From: Obrimoposthia wandeli
Lineage: Eukaryota
Reading direction: 5' to 3'
Length of the DNA stretch: 64,000 bases
NCBI GenBank assembly: GCA_977020255.1
Contig: CDROCS010004055.1
Span: forward strand, 124,001 to 188,000
The notes beneath the pieces were generated by a model that did not search any database, was not told the origin of the DNA, and worked only from the letters and a program-made list of their open reading frames with translations. Shown piece after piece: positions 35,490 to 47,997 of this stretch. The first letter of the stretch is position 1. Every line of letters starts with the position of its first letter. A program made the position numbers and the translations under genes.

Positions 35490-35735
35490 ATGGGATCACT
35501 TCCATCTATTCCTAAATTCAATATAAAAATCAAATCGTCTTGTTGTAATGGAGAAAATATGGTTCGATCCAAGTCACCCCGTTGGTTACACAGGGGTTTC
35601 AAAATTAGCAAAAGAACCAAAGAAGGGGGAAAATGTAAGTCAAGTGTGGTTGAGAAATCAATTAGCTTACAGCTTAAACAAACCAATGAAACGTCGGTTC
35701 TCAACGAGATCATACAAAACGAGCGGGCCAAATGA
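35490..35735 (+). CDS. Myristoylation-motif ORF overlapping the integrase start
   Basis: MGSLPSIPKFNIKIKSSCCNG, in the same position and frame relative to INT as in element 1. Confidence 0.5.
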   Translation: MGSLPSIPKFNIKIKSSCCNGENMVRSKSPRWLHRGFKISKRTKEGGKCKSSVVEKSISLQLKQTNETSVLNEIIQNERAK

Positions 35736-36573
35736 TTTATGGCAAGCACATTTGATGGAAATGATTCCATATGCGAGTATTAACGGTGGAAATCGATATA
35801 TTTTAACTTGTATTGATGTCTTTAGCAGATTCGAGCGAGCTATTCCATTAAAGTCTAAGTCTGGTACTGATGTTTTAGCCGCAATGAAGCTTTTGATTAA
35901 AGAAATAAAACCAAGAAATTTCCAAACGGATAATGGAAAGGAGTTTTATAATAAACATGTTAGTGCACTATTGAAAAAACATAATATTAATCATTACTCA
36001 GTATTTTCCCAATATAAATCTGCTTTATTTGAACGTTTTAATCGAACATTGAGATATCGATTGAAAATGTATTTCACAAAGCAGGGAAATAAGTCCTGGG
36101 TCACTGTTTTACCTCAAATAATACATGCATACAATCATAGCGAACACTCACCATTAGATCGAAAGAGACCTGTTGATGTTACAGATGAGAATGCTATGGA
36201 AATTTGGCAACGCCGTAACCAAAGTCAAGTTGTAAAGAAACCCAAGTATAAAGTTTGTGATTATGTACGTATTTCTCGAATTAGTACTATTCCTTTTATA
36301 AAGAATTTCAAAGAGAATTGGAGCGATGAAGTATTTCGTATAACTAAAATTGATAATAAACATGTGCCGGTAATGTATTTCATTGAGGATGAGAGCAATA
36401 ATGTAATCACAGGTAAATTTTATCACAAGGAATTACAAGTCTTGCCAGAGAAACCAAATGTATATAGAATTCAAGAAATCTTAGAGACAAAAGGTAGAGG
36501 AAAGCATAAACAATATCGTGTTAAGTGGCATGGATAAACTGAACCTAGTTGGATATTAGTTTCTCAAATATAA
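35548..36573 (+). pseudogene. Integrase plus chromodomain; first catalytic Asp replaced (WQAHL), stop at 36535-36537
   Basis: Collinear with the element-1 integrase; frame continues TEPSWI after the stop. Confidence 0.9.
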
Positions 36574-36581
36574 TTAACTCA

Positions 36582-37594
36582 ATGTATGTTGTATTACCAA
36601 GTAATGGTTCGCCATTAACTCAGCCGAATAATACTGCTAATAGTTTTAGTATTGATTATCAAAGTTCAATCAACTTGCCTGGTGCTTGGAAAGCTGCTCT
36701 TACGGATTTTTCTTTCAATTACTCTCCTCTATCTATTCAAAGTGAAACTGAGATTGAATATATTACTCATCAAGAAGCTGATAAAGTAACTGATGTGACT
36801 TTACTATTTGATAAGGGTTAAATGGATTTGGCTCGTATTAAGGCAGGAGATGATTTCACAATCTTTTTAAATAAAGAGAATCGAATTCAAATTATAGGAA
36901 AAAGGGATTATTTTGAAATTGTTTTTAGTGATGAGATTGTTGCACAACAATATGGATTTCCAACTAACGTTGGAAAAGGAAAGCATGTGCTTTCGGGAAT
37001 TATAGATAAACATGTCAAGTATCCGATAATTACATTCAAGATAATAAGCAGATTCACTAAACGCGAGAGGAAAATATATTCAGTTCCCAATGATTTTCTT
37101 TTTTCCATAGTGGAAGCATGTGTAAACATGTTAAAACAGTGTTACCAAATGTATTTGAAAACTTTAAACTAGTTAATAAATTGATTCATTTCAAATTGAA
37201 ATCAAATATTGATAAAGTTGTCATGGATAAATCATTAGCCTCAATTATCGGTTTTTATGAAAATGAATTTGAAAATTAAAATGAGGTTTTCAAAGCAAAG
37301 ATTATTCCTAAAATAACTAATGCATATAATCAAATTTATATTTACACGAACATTACTGAACCAATATTCGTAGGAGGAAGTAAACTTTCCTTAATAAAAG
37401 CAATTTGGGTTCAACAGGAAAAACACAAGTATGGTGATGTTATACATATTCCAATTGAAAATCCACTGTATATTCCAGTGAGTTCTTCTTCTATAAACAA
37501 TATTGAAGTTAATATACGTAATGATTCTGGAAGATTAATTATATTTGCTTACGGAGCTAAAACAAGTTTAACGGTTCATTTTCGTAAATTATGA
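36582..37594 (+). pseudogene. Minor capsid (penton-like) protein, frameshifted
   Basis: N-terminal YVVLPSN; C-terminal IYIYTNITEPIFVG...NPLYIPV...IEVNIRNDSG...TVHFRKL. Confidence 0.82.
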
Positions 37595-37956
37595 ATGATT
37601 CAAGTATAATCGATGCGTATAGTAATCCAATGCAAGGAGGTGATTTGCCTTATTTTGTGGGAAAACAGTATGGATCAGGATGGCTGAAGGTTTTTGGTCG
37701 TTTTGCTTTCCCACTACTCAAGCAACTCGGGAAATCTATTGCTAATGTTGGATCAAAATACTTGTCTGGGGATGAGAAATTTCTTCCCACACTAAAGGAT
37801 GCAGCCTTGGATCAGGTCAATGAAATTTCGTCAAGTCTAACTGAATTTTTGAAAAAGAAAACTCAAAAGGGAAATGGTTATAAACGTAAGAAAACATCTA
37901 AAGCATCGGGTATAAACAAACGTTTGAAACTAAGTGGAACAATTTTTAAGCAATGA
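37591..37956 (+). CDS. Small virion protein with QxGxG motifs and amphipathic helix (pVI-like candidate)
   Basis: QYGSGWLKVFGRFAFPLLKQLGKSIANVG...QKGNGYKRKK. Confidence 0.65.
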   Translation: MNDSSIIDAYSNPMQGGDLPYFVGKQYGSGWLKVFGRFAFPLLKQLGKSIANVGSKYLSGDEKFLPTLKDAALDQVNEISSSLTEFLKKKTQKGNGYKRKKTSKASGINKRLKLSGTIFKQ

Positions 37957-39146
37957 GTTGTGCTAAAACTGAATTGTGTATATTCGATAAACCTATACCC
38001 CAGGTTGTGGTTGATAGTGCTAGTTTTGAAGAAAATTTTCCCGACAAATACGGTTAACGGGACATCTTCTCCGGATTTAGAATTCAATATAAATGGATCC
38101 AATACTCAATATCTTGATTTGAATAATAGTTTATTTCTCGTTAAATTGAAAGTTACAAAGGAAGGAGGTGATTTGGATGATGATTTGGATATCAAATCAG
38201 CTAATTTCATGTTGCATACTATTTTCAAGGATGGGATTCTCAGTCTCAATAATGTGAAAGTTGAGGGAAATAATACTAGTTACACTCATAAAGCAATGAC
38301 TGAAACATTACTGAATTACGGTAATGATACGAAATTAATCTTGATGCAATTGGGTTTGATGATGATGAAAAAAGAAGAACTGCTTCGATTGCAAAGTCTA
38401 AAGTATTGTCACTTCGTGGGAGTCTCCATTTGTATTTATTTAAGCAACCAAAGTATCTTTTACCCGGTGTAAGTGCACATATTCGAATGAAGATAAATCC
38501 AGTAGGTTTTAGTGTTGTTTGCGCCGATACTATTAAAGCAGCAATTGAGATTACGGAAGCAAAACTGCTGGTTCGTAGAGTAAAGGTGGAACCATCTGTA
38601 CTCGTTGCACATCGAATGGGGTTGGAGAAGCAAAATGCATGTTATCCTATTATAAAAACTAATCTTGTTTCTCATGCTATCCCTACGGGAGCACTATCTT
38701 ATTACAAGGATCAGATTTTTGGTAATATGCAACTTCCAAACTTTGTTTTAATTGCTTTCCAAAACACTTCTACCTATGGAGGTGAGTCTAAAAATGAGGT
38801 TTCTCAATTTCGACTCATGCATGTGAGTTCAATTAAACTTGCACGAAATATTGATTATCAAGAATCTTATACGAATGACTTTGAAAATAATGATTATGTG
38901 TTTTCTTATGTGCAATCTTTAATTAGAAATCTTGGTCGTTTGGATAAGGATGCTAATATTGGAATTTCCATGACTGATTTCAAGGACAAGTATACACTGT
39001 TAACATTTGTTATCTCTCCTGATTTTGATATAAATCAAGCTCAAATCCTTAAACAGGGAAATTTGAAAGTAGAAATCAAGTTTTCAAAATCACTTGAACA
39101 TCCTGCTAATATTATAATCTATGGAGTATTTGATTCTGAGGTTCAA
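37953..39146 (+). pseudogene. Major capsid protein (double jelly-roll), frameshifted, C-terminus lost
   Basis: MSCAKTEL...LEFNINGSNTQYLDL...LRGSLHLYLFKQPKYLLPGV...GNLKVEIKFSKSL. Confidence 0.88.
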
Positions 39147-39461
39147 AGCGGAAGAAAACTACTAGGTTCGCGTTTCAATGGAGTCCACAGTCTTGATCAT
39201 ATTCCCTCTTTGACTCGTTTAAGTGGATATGTAATCAATACACATTCATCTAATCTGCGTGGCGAACAATGGATTGCAATACATGTTAAAGAAAATGAAA
39301 TCTTTGTTTTTGACCCCTTTGGGATATATTACCCTTCTAAATTAGTATCTACAGTACTTGACTCTGGAAAGAAAGTACATTTTAGTAAGAAACATTATCA
39401 AAATGTTTTAACACAGTCATGTGGACAACTCTGTCTGCTCTGGTTAAAGCATAAACAATAG
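39147..39461 (+). pseudogene. Adenain-like cysteine protease, fused in frame to the MCP remnant; catalytic His replaced (GEQW)
   Basis: FNGVHSLD...VINTH...GEQWIA...FDPFG...QNVLTQSCGQLC. Confidence 0.85.
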
Positions 39462-39498
39462 ATATAAACAAATTCAAATAAAATTATTGCTATAAAAA

Positions 39499-40010
39499 AT
39501 GTCTGTTTATTTTCTTGATTTTGAAGCTTTTATTGATAACAATACTGAGTTTGTAATAAAGGAACTATGTATAATGGATTTGGATGCAATCTTCTATCCT
39601 AAACATTATGTTTTTAAAATGCAACCTATATGGAGTATGATGAATAGAAAATCAAGAAAAATAAATAGATATCTCATCAAGCATTACCATCGACTAAAAC
39701 TAGTTTATAGTAATAGTTATTTCAAGATATAGGATATAACTCAGGAAATAAACGTTGTTGTGATCTATCCAAATCAATTTTCTTTGTTTTGGATGAATAT
39801 AATGGAGCTAAAATAAAGACAATCAGTAAATATTTTCCTGAAATATTTAGACTGATAAATTACTCGAAAACATTAAAACAATTAAATCCATCAAATATCA
39901 ATTGTCCATATATCAAACATGGAGAGCATTGTGCATACAAGAAATGCTTTGCAGCTAGTTTGGATTATTTAAATATAAATGAAAAATCAACTACTCACAT
40001 TAATCAGTGA
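39499..40010 (+). pseudogene. DEDD-fold (DnaQ/Maelstrom-like) nuclease, frameshifted
   Basis: FLDFEAF...FVIKEL...HYHRL...CPYIKHGEHCAY. Confidence 0.65.
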
Positions 40011-40153
40011 ACTAATTTCCATTCTGATTTGTTTTAAATGAATCTGGTTGGTTTAAATAATGAATGATTTTGATTGGCTTAATACTAGCTCGAAAGTAGT
40101 ATATAAGCAAGCATCAATCAACAAATAACTATCTATTATAAACGAAATTGAAA

Positions 40154-43100
40154 ATGGTAAGTTTCTTGTTATTTCTAGATTTATTATATTTCTTTCTAGA
40201 ATTGCAATATGAATAAACAATTATGCTTCAATGAGAGTCACAAGGAATGTGACTGGAAAATGAAAAGCTATTGTGGGCAGAAGTTCAATGGACAACTCTA
40301 CTACGTATGTCCAGTATGTCTCTCCGCGGAGGAGATTGATTGGGTGGAGTTTGTGGCGCGCCATCGCACCTATCATCGCCATTTCCAGCAACATGGTAAG
40401 AAGGCCATCTTCCAGGATAGAGCTCATACTGCTTCTCCTGCTACCATTTCTCAAGATCGGGTTGCTGCTCCAGTTGCTTCATTAGTTACTGCTTCGTCCC
40501 CAGATACTGCTTCTTTGCCAGTTACTGCTCCAATTGTTGCTCCAGTATCTACTCTAATTGCTGTTGTCCCAGTTGCTGCACCCATTGCTGCACCCTCTAC
40601 TATGCTTCAAGTTATGCCTCCTCCAGTTGGTATGATCTCTGTGCCGTTACCAGCATCTACCCGCAAGAGAGGTGTTATTCCCACTTCAGGTAGCTCTGTT
40701 GCGAAGTTGCCCAGGGTTAATGCTGTTAAGCGAAAAACTAGTCTTCGGGGCACGATTGAGACATTGTCATTAGATGTTTCTAATGACAATGTCATCGATT
40801 TACAAGTTCCTGTATCACTTTTGATTAGCTTAAGGGACACAGTCAGCAAGTTTGCGACTTACAAGGTTCAATTCGGGGTGCGTGTTGAATTTTCCAATAT
40901 TGGAGAAACACGTGCTGGGAAATTTTCCAATAGAAGGCTCTCCATAGATGAGAAATTTATAGATGCGGGAGTAGATGGGATCAACAAGAAGATTGAGAAT
41001 TATTACCAAAGTAGCAGTAATTGGGTAGTAAACCGCTTCCTGGAGATTTCGTTTGTTGTGACTAAAACAACTCCTGGGGAGTAGTTATGTACTTAATCCA
41101 TCTGAGTTAGCACTCTCACATTGCGTTATCAATATGCAGAACTTTAACACTTTTTGCTTCCTTTATAGTATCTTATCTGTACTTTTCCGCGAAGTATTTC
41201 GCTCTAATCCTCATCGGGTTAATCAATATGATGCCCTGGTGAGTCAATTAGGTTTTGATGAGAATGAGATGCCAATGCGTCTATGTAATATACCACGATT
41301 TGAGAGAAAGAATCCATCTCTCTCAATCAATGTATTTACATTCAATAAGTTCTCTAATGTGCAAACAGATATGGATATCTTCCAAAAATCCGTATGTGGA
41401 TGTCATTTACAGAACCACAAACCCAGACGCTAAGGCAATCAATCTTCTCCTTTTAGAAAATAATGATAATTTTCATTATCTTGGTATTCCTAAACTCCAT
41501 AGGCTGCTTAATTATAGGAACAGAGGTGTATCTAATCGCATCCAGTGTACTTGGTGCCATAAGTGTCTCCATGGATTCCGGAGACCAATAAGTTATGCCA
41601 AACACGTTCCGATCTGTAGGATGAATTTAGATCATACAACACTTTATTCAATGCCTACAGGGAAGCATATTGAGTTTAAGGACTTTTCAAAAACGATTTC
41701 TCCGCCTTTTGCTGTTTACGCGGACTTTGAAGCTGTGCTGCCGCCACATGGAATCCATCATCAGATTCAGCTTCCAATCTCTGCCGGTATGCTCATGTCT
41801 CCCGTTGCAGCTACGACAGGGTACACACATGAATACTCGGTCTTTACCGGGGAATCTTGTGTGGTATCCTTTTTGCAGAAATTAGAGGACTTGACGAAAG
41901 AGGTTGTTCTCCCATGCAAAAACATGCAATCGAGGTGATGCGACAACTTACACGGGAACAGGTATCGAGTTTCAATGACGCAAGAATCTGTTACCTGTGT
42001 AAGAAGAAACTCACAAAGAAAGTTCGAGATCATGATCACATGACTGGCGAATACCTGGGAGCAGCGCATACGAAATGCAACTTATCAAGGAGAATCTATC
42101 GATCTTTTCCCGTCATTTTTCATAATCTGATGGGTTATGATATGCACCACATATTGAAGCACGCACTGTGCAAGTTTCCTGACTGGAATGTCTCTGTTAT
42201 ACCTCAATCAACAGAGAAATTCCAGGCTATGATGGTGTATATTGGAGGAGTCTGTATACGTTTCATCGATTCCCTTCAATTTTTGAACAGCAGCTTAGAA
42301 TAACTTGTGGAAAACATGGGTGTGACTCCTCTTACACATTCAGTCTTCCCGCAACATCTGGTGAGCACTAAGGGCATCTTCCCATACGATATGGCAGTAT
42401 CAGAGACTGCTCTTCGTGCAATCACCAGCTTACCGCCAAAGTGGGATGAGAAGATCAAGCCAGCACAATATGAGATGGCGAAGATGGTCTGGACTCAGAG
42501 TGGCTGTTCATCGCTCTGGGACTATATGCTGGTCTATATGAAGATGGACGTCTACCTTCTAGCATATGTGTTTACATAATTCCGGAACAAGGCCATTGCT
42601 GACGATGGATTGGAGCCACTCAATTTCTTCTCCATCCCTGATTTGTATTTTATTAATTTTCACCAAGTAAATTTTTATTAAGTAACTTTTCACAAAGTAA
42701 TGATTTTCACAATGATTTTAATAAATGTTTTATTTCCAGGACTGACATTCGCGAGTGCTTTTAAATTCCTGCTTCGCCCGGATTCTTCTTCTTCTGCTCC
42801 TCCTGTACGAGTCGAGCTAATACAGGATCCAGAAATGTATCATCTTTTCCGCTCCGGGATTCGCGGGGGTATGACCTTCGTCAATGAACACCGCGTGGAC
42901 GCCATCAATGGTACATAACTTTGTACGTTGATGTAAACAATTTGTACGGGTGGGCTATGTCCCAGTTTTTACCTTGTGGTAACTTTTCCTGGGTGACTGA
43001 TCAATTAGAATTGGGAAATATTATTTCCAGCTTAAAATCAGCAGATTTATCCTGTAGTCGCTTATTTATTGGAAATAGATTTATCGATTCCCAATGAGCT

Positions 43101-43500
43101 TCATAATAAATTCGACGATCTTCCCTTGCTCCAATTAAACAGCGTCCGCCAGGGTGTAAAACTGAAAATTGTTATTAACGCATTACCCTAAGAAACATTA
43201 TGTTGTGCATTCTAGATTGCTACAAATGTACGTTAGACTTGGTGCCAAGGTAGATTTTGTATACAGAGTAACAGTTTTTTACAAACTAATGTTTTTCAAA
43301 ATATATTGAGGATAATTCTCTCAAAAGAGCTGCGGCTACAACAGATTTCGAGCGGGATTATTACAAACTGAAGGTGAAATCTTTATTTGGAAAACTCATT
43401 GAGAATCTGATGAAAAGAATTAACCTCCGGATTTGTAATACTCCACAGAAGCTGGTTACCTATTGCAGTAAAGCCCACTTTCGTAGGACAATCGAAAATG
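40154..43500 (+). pseudogene. Protein-primed DNA polymerase B with N-terminal extension; introns at 40157-40199 and 42641-42739; truncated before motif C
   Basis: HNLMGYD, FIDSLQFL, KGIFPYD, YMKMDV, IRGG, YVDVNNLYG and KSLFGKLIEN motifs. Confidence 0.92.
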
Positions 43501-44499
43501 AGTTCTGACAATAAAAATGAGATATTTTACAAACTTTCAAAGCATCAAAGACCGCTTTAACAGCCATTCCAACTTACATGAATCTCAAAAAGTCAGAATA
43601 TTGAACAAGTTCGCCTCAGGTAAAAATTTGAAGCAAGGATAATACAAAATGGAACCAACGGGAAGCTTACCTTCGCAAAAACGGGACTTTTTAAATATTC
43701 AATAATCAGCAATGGTTTTAAGGGTCAAAATTTCCGTCGAATAGTCGCCACTATATGGAAGCTACAAGCAGTGACCTAAATCATTCACTGTACCTAGTAC
43801 AACTAATATCCAAATGACAGCTATGGATGAGAATATCAATTATATTAATTATCACATTAAATAAACCAAGAACTAATTATTAGAATAAAATGGGAGATCA
43901 AGCAATCAAGGAATCCTGGTGTAAAAGAAACAGAATGACACAATAAAAGAAATAAATGATAAAATGAATGCTACTCAGATGAAAATGTGTCAGCAGAAAG
44001 CTCAATGCAGAATTAAGAAAATGCAAGTTAGTAGCAGCTATGGCTTGCGATTACAAGATGATTCATGAAGAAGTCTAGTGATGTAATTTGTCTTGAGACC
44101 TTAGTTACATGGGTGATTTGGGTCGTTGATCCTCAGATATAACAGGGGGAGCAGACTGGAAATCGGTTTCGTAGATTCGTTTCTGGCGAATCAGGGAGAA
44201 TCTGGGCGAGAAATCAATTTGATGCATTCACTCTACTCTGCTATCTTCTCTGAATCCTTGATTCGATGACACTCACTGATTTTCATATCAATTCACAATT
44301 CTCACGTATCAGCAACTGTAAAGCACGCAACTACTATACAATTGTATCTATCCTTTGGGTCGAACCACAATATTTCAACTCCATTGAAAGAGCAGTATTG
44401 TTAAAAAACACGAATGTATGAATTTAAACAGTTAGATTGGCTTTTTCACTGATATATCATGTGACAACAATAATATTACTGACTTTGTCTAAACAGCTG

Positions 44500-47400
44500 C
44501 TATTCCAACAGAGACGCTTTATACTCAATTATGATTCGTGACCGATAACATAAACATACATATTCATTAACGTTACATAACTGTTGATTTTTCATATCGT
44601 CAAGATATACACACATAACAAGATACTGTAAAGTGCTTTCGCCTGCAAACATTCTCATTGGCCCATTTGAAAACTGCAATAGCGTCATACAGCATTAGCT
44701 GAATTACAATATACTTTAAAATACATTTCATAATTAACAATTTGTGATAATTATCAACTGGAACAGTTTACCAATTTACCAAAAAACTGCAATGTGAGTG
44801 GTTACCTTTTGACGTAGAACCACAGCGTAGCAGCCAGCGTGTTCCAGAGCACAATGGCCGAAACATAGCCGAATACACATTGCAACACCACATCGACCCA
44901 GCGACGAGTCCAGTGCAACCAGTGACGCGAAGACATCACAATCTGCATCGATACCGCCGTTTCGTTGTATCTGGAAACCAGGACCAACTGTCAGGATTCG
45001 CCAGGTCGTATAACTAGTTTTTAATTAAAATGTCAGAAGACATCAACTAATGCTTGTACAGTGGCCAAAAATGACATCAGTAATTGTCTAGATTTAAGTC
45101 TTAGTTACTCTGTGAAAAGCTGAGGAGTGACAAGACGGACAGGACAGACAGCCATCTTGAAGTCTGCCCATTTCTGTTGCTCCAGAACACGCTCCTCGGC
45201 TGTCAGCTTGCAGTGGCTCGGTATCGGGACCCGGTTGGGCTTGTTGAGAATGTCGGAGATCAATTTTCCACTCTCCGTCGTCTGCAGCCAGTAGTTTCGC
45301 ATTCAGCAAATTAATCTATTGTTGATTGCAAATAACGAAATTGCCAATTTCCGACCTTGTACTGCCTCAAGATGTCACATTGATAGCGCTCCAACTGGGC
45401 AGTCCAATCAAGCCAAGCATTCAGTACGTCCTGTAGCTCTGATTGACGCTGGTGCACAAACTGCTCGTAGGCTGCTAGATCATAATGGTTCAGCTGACGA
45501 GCGCTTTGGACGAGCTGAGTGTTGACAAAGCGGTTCCGGAGATGAGCTGGCAGAGCCTGAATAAGTAAATGAGGTAGTGAATTTTAGTGAATTTTGAGGT
45601 GAACAATTAGAAAAAGACAATTCCTTGAACACCGATTGTTTACAAGTTATATTAGTAACATATTTCCCATTAATTTAAATTTATCAAAAATTTACAGTTA
45701 ATGTTTAATATTTTAATATGCACAAAAACATGGAATATATGAGCCATTTTTAAAATATCAATCAAAATATTTTTTGAATGGTTAGGAGAGAGCCATCGGA
45801 CCCATGACTCAATTAACCCATTGTCTACTCTGGCCCAGAATGTCAAATTCGCTGCGGATGACTCAGTTACTTCTATCAATTCTTTACTGTAAATGTAATC
45901 AAAAAACCGTAAAAGCCACTAAATTTTGAGGAGTTTTGTATTTATCTTGCAGAACTAGAAAATATATAACTTTTGATGCTATAGATGAACTTAACAATGG
46001 TAGATAGTTCCTTTTTCTCAGGTGGATTTCTCAGTATAATTTATGATTTTGAAATTTGATACTATTTTTCTAATCAGAAAACAGAAAAATCCTACTTGCT
46101 ACAATTAGTTTATGAATAAGTATTTACCATACATAAATTGTGGAATCTAATTCTTGAATTATGTCTACGATAGAAAACATAAATATACTAGTGATACCAT
46201 TAATAGGTATAATATATTGTGAGAGTGACTTGGACTTCATTTTTAGACAACCATAATATCAAATTATTAAAGTGACTAATTTTCAGCTTACCCCTACTGT
46301 TTTCATTTATTTTCGTAGTAAAAAGTAACATATTACAAGTAATTAGTTACTATGGAGTGTTGAAATGGAGTGCTATGATAATGTTAGAGATTGACAAAAT
46401 ACTTCTCGAATTCTTCAACATATGCTGTTTGAGGGACCAGTAAATAAAACCATAAACCCATCGACATCCAATACTTCTTTATTGATCATTAAATTTTAAT
46501 TTAAATTCAAACTTTAAATAACAACTTTGCTAACAACCACTCTGACCAAACAACTTGCAACTTCCTAACATTAAAAAAAAATTTATTGACCTTCTTCGCT
46601 ACTTTCATTACCCACCCCTCACCGTCATTTTATTGGCCACTATTTAATTTATTTTACTAATTTAGAAAATTTTAATTCCATTCTATCAATAATAATTACT
46701 TCTTCAACATATGCTATTAAAATGAAAAATATATGTATGTTATCGAAAAAAAATTGAAAGTTAATTCATAAAAACGTCATAATGTCAGTTTAAAAAAACA
46801 ACAACCTTAATTTGCGTGATTTACTTTTTAATTAAAAGAAAATTGTATTTGTATGATTTTTTTATAAAAGCTTGTCAGTTTATGAATAAGAATTTTAACT
46901 GAGTCTATCATATTTAAAGCTACCAGTCTGAAAAATAAAAAATAAAGATAAAGCTGCTAAAAAAAAGTATTGAGACAATAGGTTGAAAGCATTTTCTTTA
47001 CTTAATTCTCAGTTAACTTGTCTCCACAAGAAGATAATTCAATTTCGTATGATGCTTTGGTATAAACAGTACAATTTAATGAGAATATCTTGTGAAGTCT
47101 TCTAGGATGATGTATATTTTTAAGCCACATTTCATCATCATTCAAGAACAACTAACATTTCAATTAATTAAGTTAATTCCTTAAAATATTATTTTCCCGA
47201 TATAAACCTTCTAAAAATAACATTTAAAATATATAGAGTAAATTACCCAATGAAATCTATGCAGCCTAATTTAAGTAGATAAATATGCTGACACGGTCAT
47301 CTAATTTGACGAGACCTTTCTTTCCGTGTTCAATTTTTGGCTATAAATATACAATTTATTTTTTACAAATCTTAGTCGGGGTTGACTTTGTTGCGCTCAA

Positions 47401-47553
47401 AGTAAGTCTAAAGTGTCTCACCATATTATCGTAGTAGCCAACGTAGTCAAGAGCCTCTTCCGAAATGAGTTCATTGAGGTGGGTCGACAGAAGATAGATG
47501 ACGAAGAGGGCAAATGCAGAACCACAGAACTTCGGAACAAACGAGGATTCCAT
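44500..47553 (-). CDS. Probable multi-exon host gene or pseudogene (secreted/membrane protein); exon chain not resolved
   Basis: GC-richer open blocks with GT/AG edges (47553-47422 with hydrophobic N-terminus; ~45565-45370; ~45325-45115; ~45020-44805). Splice phases do not all join. Confidence 0.38.
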
Positions 47554-47997
47554 CGTCTAGATATAAATTTATTTGACTAATTCGATTGCACTGAAGCATT
47601 CTTTATTTTGCAAACATGAATAGTTTTTGGTTTTAATCAGCGATCATTTCATAGTTATTCGTGAAAAATAAGTGATTCTTAGAAAATGTATATAATTTCT
47701 ATTAAAAGCTAGTATTCTAGTTATGTACAAGGGTCAACAAGATGGTTACGTATGATTACGTAGCATTCAATACCATTTATCATTTCTTATTAGTTTGTTA
47801 TATACACTTGAAAATATTCTCAATCTATGACCCATGCCCAAATTTGGGATACGGCTTGATTTAGAATAGACCAAGGTAAGTAATAAAAAAATATTTTAGG
47901 TCAAAATAAGTACCGGCCAGAAATATTTAAATTTTTTTTATTTTGAATATTACTTATATTTACTACTTTATTTAGAAGTAATACAGTTATGTTTAAC

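Larger units (their letters stand above)
33597..43500 (+). mobile_element. Polinton/Maverick element 2, degraded, right end truncated
   Basis: Starts AGTAGGTAGATGTG; ATPase, INT, minor capsid, MCP, protease and pPolB all on the + strand. Confidence 0.93.

Noticed and set aside
45871-45881. TTCTATCAATT matching the foldback right flank, as a possible end of Polinton 2
   Set aside because: Short AT-rich match with no TIR. The expected ...CTACCTACT followed by GGTTGA was not found after 43500.
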